64,000 nucleotides of DNA, taken from positions 3,410,001 through 3,474,000 of the forward strand of contig OZ218958.1 in assembly GCA_965112735.1 (NCBI GenBank), in the 5' to 3' direction. The position numbers and the translations under genes were made by a program. Position 1 is the first letter of the stretch. Every line of letters starts with the position of its first letter. The notes under the pieces are model-generated. The model was given only the letters and a program-made list of their open reading frames with translations. It had not been told where the DNA came from and searched no databases. Source of the stretch: Phaeosaccion multiseriatum. Taxonomy: Eukaryota; Protista; Ochrophyta, other classes. Positions 1-12,946 of this stretch are shown in pieces.

Positions 1-42
1 CCGTCTGTCTGTCTACCTGTCTGTCTGGTCTGTCTGTCTGCC

Positions 43-96
<54 letters not shown>

Positions 97-122
97 CCTA
101 TCTGTCTACCTGTCTGTCTGCC

Positions 123-160
<38 letters not shown>

Positions 161-207
161 CCTGTCTGTCTGTCTGCCTATCTGTCTACCTGTCTGTCTG
201 TCTGTCT
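1..207. repeat. (TCTG)n intronic microsatellite (also ~849-1035 and ~21520-21670)
   Basis: Seen directly in the sequence. Confidence 0.95.
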
Positions 208-229
208 TTCTGCCCTCTCCTCCCCTCAG

Positions 230-862
230 GTGGAGGTGGTGCTGTGGGCAGGAAGTGGCTTTGCGTCAGAGCCCTCGCCATCTGTGACCGAGGCCGAGCA
301 AGACGTGGAGGTAGAGGTAGAGGTGGAGGTGCAGGCTCTGTGCGAGAGAGCGCTGGACCCCCTGGGGAGGGGCCTTGTCCTGGGCCCTGCTGCAGTTATG
401 GACCTCGTTCACAGCAGCAGCAGCAGTCCTGACACCAACAGTCGTAAGGGTAGTAGCAGCACTTGTGACGCTGTGGCGAAGGGACTGCTGTTCGCCGCAC
501 AGGTAGGACACGACAGGACAGGACAGGACAGGAGAGGAGGTGGGAGGGCCAGTTACCATCCATCTGCTGCCATCCAATCCTATCTTCATATCTTCATATT
601 CTTTCCAAGTCTGCAATTATATATACATGGGGTGGCCTGTTTGCCTTCACCTCACCCCACCCCCCCACCCTATCCACTGCCATCCCATCCCCAGGTTGTG
701 AGCGACCCCCTGCTCTCCCCCGCGGCGTCGTCCTTCCCCGTGGCCCCTCTGCTGCTGGCGACGACTGAAGGCAGTCATATGGGCAGTCATATGGGCAGCC
801 AATCCTCTGGGAGGAAGGTGAGTGCAGCGCAGCACGTGCTCTCATCGGCTGTCTGTCTGTCC

Positions 863-958
<96 letters not shown>

Positions 959-963
959 GTCTA

Positions 964-1038
<75 letters not shown>

Positions 1039-2884
1039 TGCCATGCCTTGTCCACCGCTTATCTAGAGCTCATCGATACCTTGTCGAGAGCCCATCGATA
1101 CCTTGTCTAGAGCCCATCGATACCTTATCTAGAGCGTATCGATACCTTGTCTAGAGCGCATCCATAACCTGTCTAGAGCTCCTTCGAAGATCTTGTCCAC
1201 CACTTGTCTAGAGCTCCTTCGAAGAGCTTGTCCACCACTTGTCTAGAGCTCATCGATACCTTGTCTAGAGCTCATCGATACCTTGTCTAGAGCTCATCGA
1301 TACCTTGTCTAGAGCTCATCGATACCTTGTCTAGAGCTCATCGATACCTTGTCTAGAGCTCATCGATACCTTGTCTAGAGCCCATACGTTGTCTAGAGCT
1401 CATCGATACGTTGTCTAGAGCGTATCGATACCTTGTCTAGAGCTTTCTCTACCGCGTGGACTTGCTGGCATTCTCTCTCTCTCTGCCCCCCTCCCTCACG
1501 CACTCACTCACCCAGCCACCCCACCTTAATCCCCCCCCCCCCCCCCCCTTCTCGCCCGTCTACTGCCATCCATGCCATGCACGACCGTCCCGCGTTAGCT
1601 GAAGGCCCTGCTGGTGCCCGAAGCTGCTCTTTCTTCCTTCCTCATGTCCTTCGAGGCCCTCGTCATGCTCGGAGAGGGCCTCCAGGGAGAGCCCGCCACC
1701 TGCGCCGCCCCTACTTTGGGTGTCGAGACCTCTACTTTGGGCGTCGAGGTCGAGGGGGATGCGCCTCTCACCTGCCACCCCAACACGCTTTTGCGTGGCG
1801 GCAGCGGCAGTCGTATGGGCAGTAGCAGCAGCGGCAACAGCAGCGGCAGCAGCGAAGACGAGCGGGTGAGTGCGTGCGTGTGCACGCAGGAGGCCTCCAC
1901 ACAGGCAGCACGACGCATGCTTGACCCCAGTGATGAATAATGCCTCACTCCCTCACTCCCTCACTCCCTCCCTCCCTCCCTCCCTCTGACTTACTGTACC
2001 TCACTCATTGCCTTACTGCTCATGTACCGCAGACGCAGAGGCAGTCCAAGCTCTCTGCGCTCTCTGCCTCCATGGACGCCGCTCTCTTCGGTCTACGGAG
2101 CTCCACAGCAGTGACCATCGTCTATCCACAGGCGGACGAAACCGTACAAGTCACCATCACACACACCGACATCATCACAGAGGAGTATCGGGAGGGGGGA
2201 GGGCAGGAGGGGCAGGAGGAGGGGGAGGGGGAGGGGCGAGAGGAGACGCTGCTCTCGGTGGCGGTGTCGGTGTCTGTTGAGGTGGGGGTTTCGTTCAAGC
2301 ACTTCTCCTCTCCGGCGGATGGAATGTGGTGTGTGCATGCAGGGGGGGTGCTGCTGCACTGCGTGGGGGACGAAACCGACAAGACAGAGGTGCAAGTGCC
2401 GCTGCAGGTGAGGGAGGGAGGGAGGGAGGGAGGGAGGGAGGGAGGGAGAGAGGGAGGGAGGGACAGAGCGAGTGGAAGAGGAAGGGGGGAAGGGAGGAGG
2501 GAGAGTCCTTTGCGTCCTGCAGCAAGCGAAGAGCGCCGAGCTTGTGCTTTGCGAGCTTGGGCTGCCTGGGGGTGCCCAACTTGGTCTGACTTGCGCTGAC
2601 TGCCTTTGGTTAGTAACGGTTAATGACTAATGCTGCTCTTTCTCTACTCTTCTCTGTCACATCTCCAGGTGGAGGTGCCTTCTTCTCGGCTGCCGAAGGC
2701 AGGGGTGGGGCAGGGGCAGCCGTTGGTGATACAGCAGCGAGTGCTGGCGCGCTTCCCTCTGGAGCTGAGCGTGTCTCTACACGCCGGACTGTCTCCTTCT
2801 CTGGAGCAAGAGGGAGAGGCCCGCAGGAGCCAGCCTGTTAACGTGTGGGTGGAGCTACTGGGGGGGGGGGAGAAGGAGGCCTGA
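230..2884 (+). CDS. 3' part of a multi-exon hypothetical protein (5' end outside window); exons ~230-502, 695-817, 1600-1865, 2031-2407, 2669-2884
   Basis: Non-repetitive ORF segments are bounded by AG/GT sites and join in phase, ending ...[11 protein letters not shown]. They are separated by SSR-filled introns. No family recognised. Confidence 0.6.
1058..1443. repeat. 22-bp intronic minisatellite TTGTCTAGAGCTCATCGATACC, ~15 copies including variants
   Basis: Tandem copies are visible, most regular at 1239-1380. Confidence 0.9.
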
Positions 2885-3054
2885 CAGGACAGTGACATGG
2901 ACTTAAGGAAGAGATGCCATGGAAAGCGCGAAAGGCCTAGGGCCAGGGGTAAAGGCAGATGGCAGAGGCAGGGAAGCAGATGGCGAGAGACAGGGAGGCA
3001 GATGGCGGAGGCAGGGAGGCACATGACAAAGACGGCAGCCCTCACACGCACAGC

Positions 3055-3370
3055 CCCAGGGCCTGAAGGCCCACAGCCCACAGACAGCCCACAGCAAACT
3101 GTGTATATGTGTGTACCCAGGGCCCGAAGGCCCACAGCCCACAGCAAACTTTGTATATGTGTGTACCCATGGCCCGAAGGCCCACAGCCCACAGCGAACT
3201 GTACACGCCACGAGACCACCGCCCCCCAGACGGCCCCATCTGTGTGCCCCACATGCCCCACATGGTGGTGACTGCCCTCACAGGTGGCACAGATGGTCAT
3301 GACGGCCCTCACAGATGGCAGAGATGGTCATGACAAAGCCCTCTGCACGCAGATGGTGATGACGGCCCTC
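3055..3370. repeat. Two short tandem arrays: ~50-60 bp GGCCCGAAGGCCCACAGCCCACAGCAAACT... x3 and ~30 bp CCCTCACAGATGGCACAGATGGTCATGACGG x3
   Basis: Seen directly in the sequence. Confidence 0.75.
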
Positions 3371-4512
3371 TTCGCTCGCCCCCCCCGGTGTGGCTTACGG
3401 TGTTCCTCAAACGCGGCGCTTGGGTCTGACCGCCAGGGTAGTTGGGGCCTGCCCCCCTGGGGAGGAGGTAAGACCCCCTGGGCAGTAGGTAAGGAATGCT
3501 CCACTTCAGGACGCGGACGGAACGACTGCCTAGATCTGCCGAGATGCTCTGTAGCGAGAGGATGCCATTCGCTCTTCGCTCTTCGCCATCCGCCAGCTCC
3601 ACAGCGGAGCATAAGGACCACATCACCACATCAGATGAGACAGCATCATCCCTTCAGTGGGAGTGTGGCGGTTGGGGTGAGATGAAGCATTTCAATGGAC
3701 TGCCTCTGCCTTCGAGTCGGCTGTCAGCCGCAGTCAGTCAGAGCCAGCGAGTCAGAGCCAGAAGCAGTGAGGGGCAGAAGCATTGAAGGGCAGACAGGGG
3801 CACAAGCAGTGAGGGGCAGGCAGTGAGGGGCAGGCAGTGAGGGGCAGGCAGTGAGGGGGGAGGCAGGGGGAGCGGGGACTCGAGCCCCGTGCTTGCGTCG
3901 CAGAAAAAGTCCTCTCATCGCAAGCGGGGGGCGGAGAGGAGATGGGAGAATGGGAATACATATCGAGTACCCCTTGTCGACATCGGCTATCGACCCTCGA
4001 TTATTTATCGATTATCGATTATCTTTCGACCATCGGCTGTGGTGTCTCAGCCCATGAAGACGGAGGGAGGGAGATGAAGGAAGGGGGGGAGGGAGGGTGA
4101 TGGAGAGAGGGGGGGGGGCTTTCTGGAGCAAGCCGCACACGCTCTCGTTGCAGAAAGAGTGGCAATGTGACAGTGAGTGGCGAAGCAGCCAATAACACAA
4201 GCAGGCCACCGGCACAGGTAGAAGGGGATGGGCCGCCTAGCCCCTGCTTCAGTTTCCGTTTCAGTTTTATTCGTAGACCCATACAGTAATCACTCCAATT
4301 TACAGTGCCAATTCGGACGCTGCCAACAAGTCCGTTTCGCCGTCTTCAAACCTCTTTCCACATCTCCCAAGAGGCTGGGACACGCATTAAGTGCCATCCG
4401 TTGCCTAACCAGACTGAGAATTCCACCCCCATCCATATGTTGCCATCCCACCCATCTGCTGCCATCCCATCCCATCCCATCCCATCTGCTGCCATCCCAT
4501 CCCGCACCATGA

Positions 4513-7500
4513 TCAAGAGGTGACCACAGTCCTCAACAACTGCTTGATGCGCTCGTCGTTCCTGGCGATGTTGGCCTTGACCCCATTAATCTTGAGGGCT
4601 TGCTCCTGCAGCTGCTCCTCCACCTCCCCCAGCTGCAGCCGCAGAGGCTCCAGGGCCTCCCCACTCGCCCTCTTCTCCTCCTGCAGGGCTTCTCTCTTGC
4701 GTCGTCCCTCCTGCAGCCAGCGCTCCATCTCTGACGTCATCATTGACAAGTCTTCGTGCACGTAGTCCATGCACTTCCCTAAGGACGGATGGATGGCAGT
4801 GGACGGCAGTGGATGGCAGTGGATGAGTAGGTGGGATGGCAGTGGATGGATGGCAGTGGATGGGACTAGATGGGATGGCAATGGATGGATGGGGTGGGTG
4901 GGATGGGATGGGCCCTTACCCCGCCGCCCTCATATATACCCATACGCTTTTCCTTGCCCTACCCACTGACTTACCAAGAGGATTTGTGCTGCGGCAGAGG
5001 AGCTGGATCGTGGCACGGATCTGTATGAGGAAGTGAGGGGCAGTACAGGCAGTTGGTGATACAGCGGCATGCAAAGGGGGGCAAAGACAGACGGCAAAGG
5101 AGGAAGACGGGTCAACAAAAGAGAACAGACGGACAGGGAAGCAGACAGACAGATAGAAAGATAGACACACAGACAGACAGACAGACAGATATTAAGATAG
5201 ACACACACAGGAAGGCGGATAGACAGATACACCGAGAGAGAGAGAGAAAGAGTGAGATCGCTCAGTCGCGGGTTCCCTTCGCGCCTCCTCAGGAACGAGA
5301 GCCATCCGCTGCCATCCATCCAAGAGCCACCCACGCCTTGAGAGCCATCCTCTGCCATCCTCTGCCATCCTCTGCCATCCTTTGCCATCCTCTTCCATCC
5401 CAGCCCCTAAAAGGAGCCTCTCCTCCGCTTCATCCAAACGCACCTTATCGAGGTCTCCCTCGCTGTATCCGACAGCGGTCTGCGCTGATCCCCTTCTGCT
5501 GCCATCCGCTGCCGTCTTGCCACTCCCCTTGTCGCCGCCCCCCGCCCCTAGCCCGCTCTTCTTGAGTCGGCCAAGCTTGATGCCCGTGCCTCCTCCGTCC
5601 TTCTCCTCCTTCTTGTCACCGTTGTCTGGTTGTTTGTTTGTTTGTTTCGTTTGGAATGAACGATGCAAAGAGCACCACCACATGTGGACACAGTCAGGTC
5701 AGCGTGAGGGGAAGACGTACGAGAGATGCATGGGGTGTCCTTGGGCATTTAGGAGACCCACTTAGAACACCCAAGAGGAATGGAAGGGAAGGGAAGGCTC
5801 CTCTCGCCTACAGGCCCCCCCTCCCTCTGTCGCTCAAAAGATTCCAACCCGATATATCAATCAACCAACCAACCAATCAACCGACTCCTCTCCTCTCCCT
5901 TCCTCTTCTTTTCTCTCACCTCCTCTCCCTTCCTCTTCTCTCCCCTCTCCTCTCCTCTCCCCCCCCCTTTCCTCTCCTCTCCCCTCCCCTCTCCTCTCCT
6001 CTCCCCTCCCACATCCCCACGACCGCTCCTCACCTTCCCCTTTGTGCTTGGCCTCAGCCTCCGCCTCTGCCTGCTCCTCCATGATGTCCCTCACGAGCTT
6101 GGAGTGTTGTTCTCCTCCCGAGGCTTTCGCCCCCGCCGCCATCTGTGACAGGGCCGCAGAATCGCCTCCCGCTGTATCATCAATTCCTCCATCTTCCTCG
6201 CCCTCTTCGTCACTGTCAGGGGAATCTCCTGCGTAGCATGATGGAGAGGAGGAGGAGGAGGAGGGGGGGAGGGGGAGAGGGAGGGGGGGGGGGAATAGAG
6301 AGAAGATGAGAGACAGATGCGGGGGGGGGGAGGGGGAGAGATGGGGAGACAGAGGAGGGAGCGAGAGAGAGAGACAGAGTCAGAGAGAGGGAAAGAGAGA
6401 GGCCACACCAGTCGAGGGAGGGACTTCGAAAGAAGGGGAAGGTTCACTATCCCGCCCCCCTGGCTGCCCAGTGTCTCGGTCCCAGTGCAGGCAGGCAGAA
6501 GCAACAAGCTTCTGAAACTCCAAGTCCCCCCTTCCATTGCCATCCCTCCCCTCTCCCACCCATTCTTACCGTCGGTCATGATGTGCATAGCCGCCTTGGG
6601 TGCTCCCCCCCCCTTGGCCTCCCCATCCGCCCCCCTGCCCGTCGCCGACAACTGTGACGCCCCCGCCATCTGTGACTCCACCTCCTTGACATTGTCCTTG
6701 ATTTGTGGGGGCCTCCTGCGGGCGGTGCGAGGTCGCATGCTTCGTGGCTGAGCCTCGGACACCTCTGTGTTGTCAACACCGCTGGACGTGTCCTGCTTTG
6801 TTTGTCAAGCAATTTGTCGTGCAGTGTCAAGCAGTCGAGCAACGTCCCGCAGTGGAAGAAAGAAGTAAATAGTCAGCAGACGAGCAGTGAAGCAGTGTGA
6901 AGCTGTACGGAAGTAGTGCAGCAAAGTGCAGAGCAACGTGTGAAGAAGTCAAGTCTCCCCTTGTCTCTTCTCCTCTCTCGCTCCACTCCTCCTCCCTCCT
7001 CTCCCCTTCTCTCTTCTCCTCTCTAGCTCCACTCCTCCTCCCTCCTCTCCCCTCCTCTCCTCTCCTCTGGCCTCTAACCCCGCGTCTTCCTTCCTCACCT
7101 TGTCGCCGCTGCCGCCCTCCTCCGTCCCCTGCTGTGCCACCATCTGCTCCCCCTTTGAGCCCGGCCGGTCGCCATCTGTGTCGCCGCTGTCCTTAGCCAT
7201 GGCCTGAGCAGGGGCGGAGAAGCTGTCTTTGCGCTGTGCAGCAGGAGCAGAGGCATCGTCTTGCTTGGCGCCAACACTGGTGACATTGCTGGTGCTGCCC
7301 CTCCGGCCCTGTCAACCAGTCAGTCAGTTACACGTCAGTTACACAACACCAAGACATCGGCCAACAGGAAGACGCGCGGGGAGAGCAGCAGAGGACAGAG
7401 GACAGAGGACGAGACAACGGAAGGGAGAGCATAAAAGAGGAAAGAGCAAAGGGGCAGGGGAGAGAGAGAGCAGAGAGGCAAGCAACGGTTAAGAGAGGGC

Positions 7501-9834
7501 ACAAGACAGACATCCCTCTGTCTCACTCTCTCACTGTCTCACTGTCTCACTGTCTCCCTCTCTCTCTCTCTCTCTCTCTGACGGTCTCTTTCTGTCTCTG
7601 TCTCTCTCTCGCACTCACTCACTCACCGCGTCAGATTCCACTGACGATCTCCGCCGCTCCCCCCCGGCCCCTCCCGAGGGAGCCCTCCCCTAAGGCAAGC
7701 AAACAAGCACGAAAGGAAGGAGGAAGGAAGGGAGGGAGGGAGGAAGGAAGGGGCGTACAGAAACGCATAAAAGCGTCGAGGGAGGGAGGGAGTGGGTGAG
7801 TAAGTGAGTGGGTGAGTGGGTGAGTGAGTGAGTGAGTGAGTGAGTGAGTGAGTGAGTGAGTGAGTGAGTGAGTGAGTGAGTAAGTGAGTGAGTAAGTGAG
7901 TGAGTGAGTGAGTGAGTGAGTGAGTGAGTGAGTGAGTGAGTAAGTGAGTGAGTGAGTGAGTGAGTGAGTGAGTGAGTGAGTGAGTGAGTGAAGTGGTCCA
8001 AACGAAGACCAGCACGGAACAGGATAGGCGCCAACCCCCCTCCGGACCCGCAGGCACCCTTCGGGACTGACTGACTGACTGACTGACTGACTGACTGACT
8101 CACTGAGTGCCTAAGCCCACTTTAACTCACTCACCAGCACTGCGTCCACGGCCTTGGTGCTGTCTGGTGCCTCTGTGGCAGCAAGGCTCAGCAGCTGCAG
8201 CAGACGGTTTGTCTTCTCGGGCTCCAAGCCAGCCACGATCTTGGCGGGCCTGGCAAGGGGGGGGCAGGGAGGAGGAGGGAGGGAGGGAGGGAGGGAGGGA
8301 GGGAGGGAGGGAGGGAGGGAGGGAGGGAGGGAGGTGAGGGAGCGACAGGGACGAGGGCAGGATACTGCGTGATTTACCACCACCAATACGCCCGCCACCC
8401 CACACCTGCCTCTACCCATATGCCTCTCACTCACCTCGCGTCTACAAGCGTGTTGAGCTGCGTGCCCACAAGGCTACACACGAGCTCCAAGTACTCCATC
8501 TTGAGCTCTCTGTCCTTCAGCGCCGCTCCGTCCTGCAGCTCTGGCCTCAGTAGTCCCTCTCCAAAGCCCGTCGCTGCCGTGACGGCTGACACAATGTCAT
8601 GAAGGAAGCGGAAGGGAGGCTTGCCCAGGTACTTGTCCGTGAGCCTGGGCCTGCTGATGAGCTTCTCCAACACTTCCTTGGTGCGCTGAATGTCCCCCGA
8701 ACACGCGTCAATGCTTGCCGTCAAGTCGGGCCCATCTACCCCCAGCCCCCCCATGGACCCCACCCCCCCGAGGTCGTCCAGCCCCATGCCCCCTGCGGGC
8801 GGTCTGTCGTCCAGAGGCTTAGTGGTGGCCTCTGAGCGCAACCCTCCCCCCCTCGACGCACCTCTCCGACTGGCGGGGGGCATGGAGGAGCCTGAGCCGT
8901 CTCCTCCATCCCTGTTGGCCGCTGCCTTTGCCTCGGCCTCGTAGCTTAGACCCTGTCCCTTGGCCTCACTTGCCTCACTGGGGGTCTGTCGCTGCTGCTG
9001 AGAGGAGTCCCCCCGGGCAGGCTCATCGTCCTTGGCTGCTGCTGCTTCATCGCCACCCCCTGTTGTTCTGGGCACGGGCCCCTCGCCCCCCATCTCGCCG
9101 GCGAGGGCCCTCTCAATCGCTGCCGGTCGGTCGATGGAGCCGTCCCTGGGAGGAGGAGAGAGGGAGGGAATTAAGTCCGTCAGTCAAACATGATACATTC
9201 CAACAGAACAGCAGCAGCAATGGTGTGAAACTCTCCGAGCCTCGTCCTCATTTCCTTCCCTCTTTGGCCTCCTCTTTTTGGCCTCCTCTCAGCTACCGCC
9301 ACTCCACGCCCCGCCACACGCACGCACGCACCGGCAAGCTGCCCCCAGGGCTGTCAGGAACAGGTTGGTGTGCTCAGGCTCCAGCCCAGCCACGATCTTG
9401 GCCGGCCGGACATCGATGGCACTGCCCGTGCACACACCGGTGAGGCCGATGATGAGCTCAAGGTACTTGAGCTTGAGGGCCTTGTCTTTGATGGCGGTGC
9501 CATCGAGGAGCTCTGCTTCGAACAAACCTTCTCCGAATCCCGTGGCGGCCGTCACGCCCGACACCACGTCGTGGAGGAAGCGGAAGGGCGGCTTGGTGAG
9601 GAGCTTCTCGCTCAGCTTGGGCTTGGCGAACAGCCCGTCCAGCTGGGGCCATGCAGAAGAGGGTGGAGGGTCAAAGGACGGGGAAGAGGGCAATTAGTCA
9701 CAGGCGTGGGGTAGAGGGGAGTGGATCGAGCGAGGGAGGAGTGAGCCGAGGGGGGGCACTAGAGCTGCGGCTTGTGAGCAGGATGCACTTACACTGGCTT
9801 GGGTAGCTGGGATGAGGTCCGCGAGATCGCCCAT
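4513..9834 (-). CDS. IFT54: Intraflagellar transport protein 54 (TRAF3IP1/MIP-T3) with two N-terminal CH domains; exons ~9834-9793, 9642-9332, 9145-8435, 8249-8135, 7689-7627, 7308-7099, 6762-6570, 6228-6034, 5625-5444, 5020-4975, 4778-4513
   Basis: The motif KPPFRFLHD...TGF...PAKIVAGLEPExTN occurs twice. The linker contains RPRTARRRPP. The C-terminal coiled coil reads IQLLCRSTNPLGKCMDYVHEDL...IARNDERIKQLL. Splice phases are consistent. Confidence 0.93.
7795..7990. repeat. (GTGA)n microsatellite in an IFT54 intron, reading (CTCA)n on the transcript
   Basis: Seen directly in the sequence. Confidence 0.95.
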
Positions 9835-10775
9835 TGTCTCTCTGAGCGTGCTTGGAGAGGAGGAGGGAGAGAGAGACAGGCAAGAGAGAGGTTAGAGGAA
9901 ACGAGAGAAGGAAGAGAGGCGCAGAGAGGAAACGCGCTAAGGAAAGACTGTCGAGCTCTTGTCATGTTGCCAATCCCTTTCTCGGCTGAGCCCCTTCAGG
10001 AGAGAAATATGAACTGAGGAGAGGGGCAAGAGAGGCAGAACGATAAAAGAAAAAACAGACGAGATGATTATCGCGCGTTTCTCACCCAGTCGACGAAAGA
10101 AGGCCCACACCCAGACCAGAGTACGGGCAGGGGGGTTGCAGGAAGGTACTCTGAGGTAGTCTCTGTACGCGGCCGAGACCACTCCCACTGTCAACGGTTT
10201 GTGGGGCATCTGGAGGCATACGTTTTGCCAATCTCCGACAAAACAAGGGGGAATCGGTGGAGTGGCCAACGTTTTCGGTTTAAGGAGGGGGACTCCCTGC
10301 TGCAGACACACAGCCGTGGCACCAGCTATGAAGATAGGGCGAAGCGCACGTGGACAAGCTTGGACGACACGACAGGAGGAGAACTTTTGAAAACTCGGTG
10401 AGCAACCCTTTGAAATACCCTCTGAAGGCAGACCTCTTGGCTCCTCTCCTCCTTTCCCTCTGTTCGCCCCCGCCTTGGATACATATGCGCTTGCTGCCGG
10501 GTGCTTTCATGTGTAGCGGAGGGCGAATATCCATTCAGATTGCGTGATCTTATACATTTAACAACTGAGGGCGCGTCGATCCTACCTGCCCCGTCCCACC
10601 CCTTCCCTCGGGCTCAGTTCAGAGAGCTCAAGCGTGACTATTTAACGCTTGTCGCTGCGATGCGGTGATGAGAAGCTCCCCTTACGGCCTGCCTCCTTTC
10701 TACTCGCTCACCCTCCTCCGCCTGTACACCTGTCCGCGCGGCCATGGCTCCTCCTCTTGAACTGTTGGTCAGGCG

Positions 10776-12508
10776 ATGATGGAAGGCAACCAGTACGGTA
10801 TGCCTCAGGGCATGGTGGGGCAGGGGCAGCGGATGCAGGGCATGCCTGTGGGGGGACCTTACCCAGGGCACGCGGCCGGCTACGAGGGTAAGAGAGGGGA
10901 TGGCAGTGGATTGGGAGGGGATGTGCTTGAGCTAAGAGAGGAGGACGCTGTTGACTGCTGACCCACCTCTCACCCTATCACCCCCTTTCCCGCTGCTGAT
11001 ACGTTAGGCGCTCCAATGGGGGGCATGAATCAGCAGGGACAGGGGCAGGGCCAGGGCATGCAGGGGCAGGGCATGCAGGGGCAGGGGCAGGGCATGGGGC
11101 CACCTATTGGCCAGGGCATGGGGCCTCAGGGTATGATGGGGCTCGGGCCAGTGCCGCCCGGAGGCATGATGGCGCAGCAGGGGATGCCGCATGCCATGAT
11201 GGTGCAGCAGCAGCAGCAGCAGCAGCAGCACCCTCACCAGCAACACCAGCAGCACCAGCAGCAGGGGCCGGGGCAGGGCGGACGCTCCGATGCCTTGGAG
11301 GAGCTGCTTGGACCCTTCCCTTGTGCGCGGCTCAGAGGGCTGCCCTTCGAGGCCAACGCTGAGGACGTGCTGCGCTTCTTTCAGGTACAGTACAATAGTA
11401 AAATGGGGGCCATTCACTGACTTCGGCTTTTCAGGCAGAGGGGATAGAAGCTTCCACATCGACTCCTCATGTGGTGTTCGATATTTGATATACGTCGCAT
11501 GCACTGAAAGCTGAAAACTGAAGACTGGAGTGGGACCTCAGTGCCTCAGAGCAGCAGAAGCGCATGCAGATTGGTGTGCACGTGCGAGCCCCCCCTTATG
11601 CGCTGCGTTGTGCGTCTAACAGCCAACCCACCACCCCCTCTTCCCCACAGGGCGTGAGTTGTCTGGATGTGGTCATGGTGACGCGTCCAGACGGTCGAGG
11701 AGCGGGCGAGGCCCTCGTGGTGTTCAACACGCCGATGGACTTCAACATGGCCCTGAGCCGCAACAAGCACCACATGGGCAGGAGATACATCGAAATCTTC
11801 CAGGTCCAACTGACTTCATTACTCTGTTTGCCCACCTGCCTGCCATTACCACTGCCGTAGGTCGCCATCCAATACCGTCCATTGCCATCCACTGCCGTCG
11901 CATGTCTCCCCCGACGCACCCGACTGACTGGACTCTTGGCTTGAGGCCTTAAGCTTGTCTCTCACTCCGTTGCGACCCGCGTGTCTCCGTCTGGTTTGTC
12001 ATGACCGTGTCATCACCGTGTCTCTGTCTGGTTTGTTATCACCTTGTCACTCTCTGGCTTGTCATCACTCTCTCGACGGACTCAGGCGAAGCGTATGGAC
12101 TACTACCAAGGCGTGGCCAGCCTCATGGCGATGGGACAGGGGCAGCAGCACCAGGGGCAGGGGTCGCAGGGGGGCTACCGAGGGGGGCAGGGGGACCAGA
12201 TTGGGCCCCAGGGTCCCCCCCAACAAGGCGAACACACGGGTGTGCTGCGGATGCGCGGACTCCCCTTTCATGCCTCGACGAACGAAGTCCTGCAGTTCTT
12301 TCAAGGGCTTAACGTCGTGCCTGACAGCGTACAGTTTGTTACGCGCGGGGATGGCCGAGTGACGGGCGAGGCCTTCATCACGCTGGCCTCTCTCCAAGAC
12401 GCAGAGGCGGCGATGGCACTCAACGGCAAGCACATGGGCTCGAGGTATCTGGAGCTGTTCCCGTCATCGGCGGAAGAAGCGGTGAGGATCATGTCTCGGT
12501 ATTCCTGA
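10776..12508 (+). CDS. hnRNP F/H / ESRP / GRSF1-like protein with two quasi-RRMs; exons 10776-10887, 11008-11384, 11651-11803, 12086-12508
   Basis: Two qRRM signatures: RLRGLPF...GEALVVF...HMGRRYIEIF and RMRGLPF...GRVTGEAFI...HMGSRYLELF. The N-terminus is G/Q/M-rich. Confidence 0.9.
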
Positions 12509-12541
<33 letters not shown>

Positions 12542-12676
12542 GATACGGCATGCCTAAGAGGCCGGCAACCTCTGAGGGAAGGAGAGCGAGAGAGAGGCCA
12601 CTGAGGGAAGGAGAGCGAGAGAGAGGCAGAGAGAGAGCCCTTTCGAGGAGTCTGCGCTCGGTAGGGGAGGGGGGGG

Positions 12677-12946
12677 CATATCCTTCCTTGGTAGGGGGGT
12701 ATATCCTTCCTTGGTAGGGGGGTATATCCTTCCTTGGTAGGGGGGTATATCCTTCCTTGGTAGGGGGGTATATCCTTCCTTGGTAGGGGGGCATATCCTT
12801 CCTTGGTAGGGGGGTATATCCTTCCTTGGTAGGGGGGTATATCCTTCCTTGGTAGGGGGGTATATCCTTCCTTGGTAGGGGGGTATATCCTTCCTTGGTA
12901 GGGGGGTATATCCTTCCTTGGTAGGGGGGTATATCCTTCCTTGGTA
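12677..12946. repeat. 23-bp minisatellite TATATCCTTCCTTGGTAGGGGGG, ~12 copies
   Basis: Near-perfect tandem array downstream of the hnRNP F/H-like stop codon. Confidence 0.95.

Noticed and set aside
1058-1443. CRISPR array or cloning polylinker
   Set aside because: The units are head-to-tail with no unique spacers and no cas genes. The copies are degenerate and lie within an intron.
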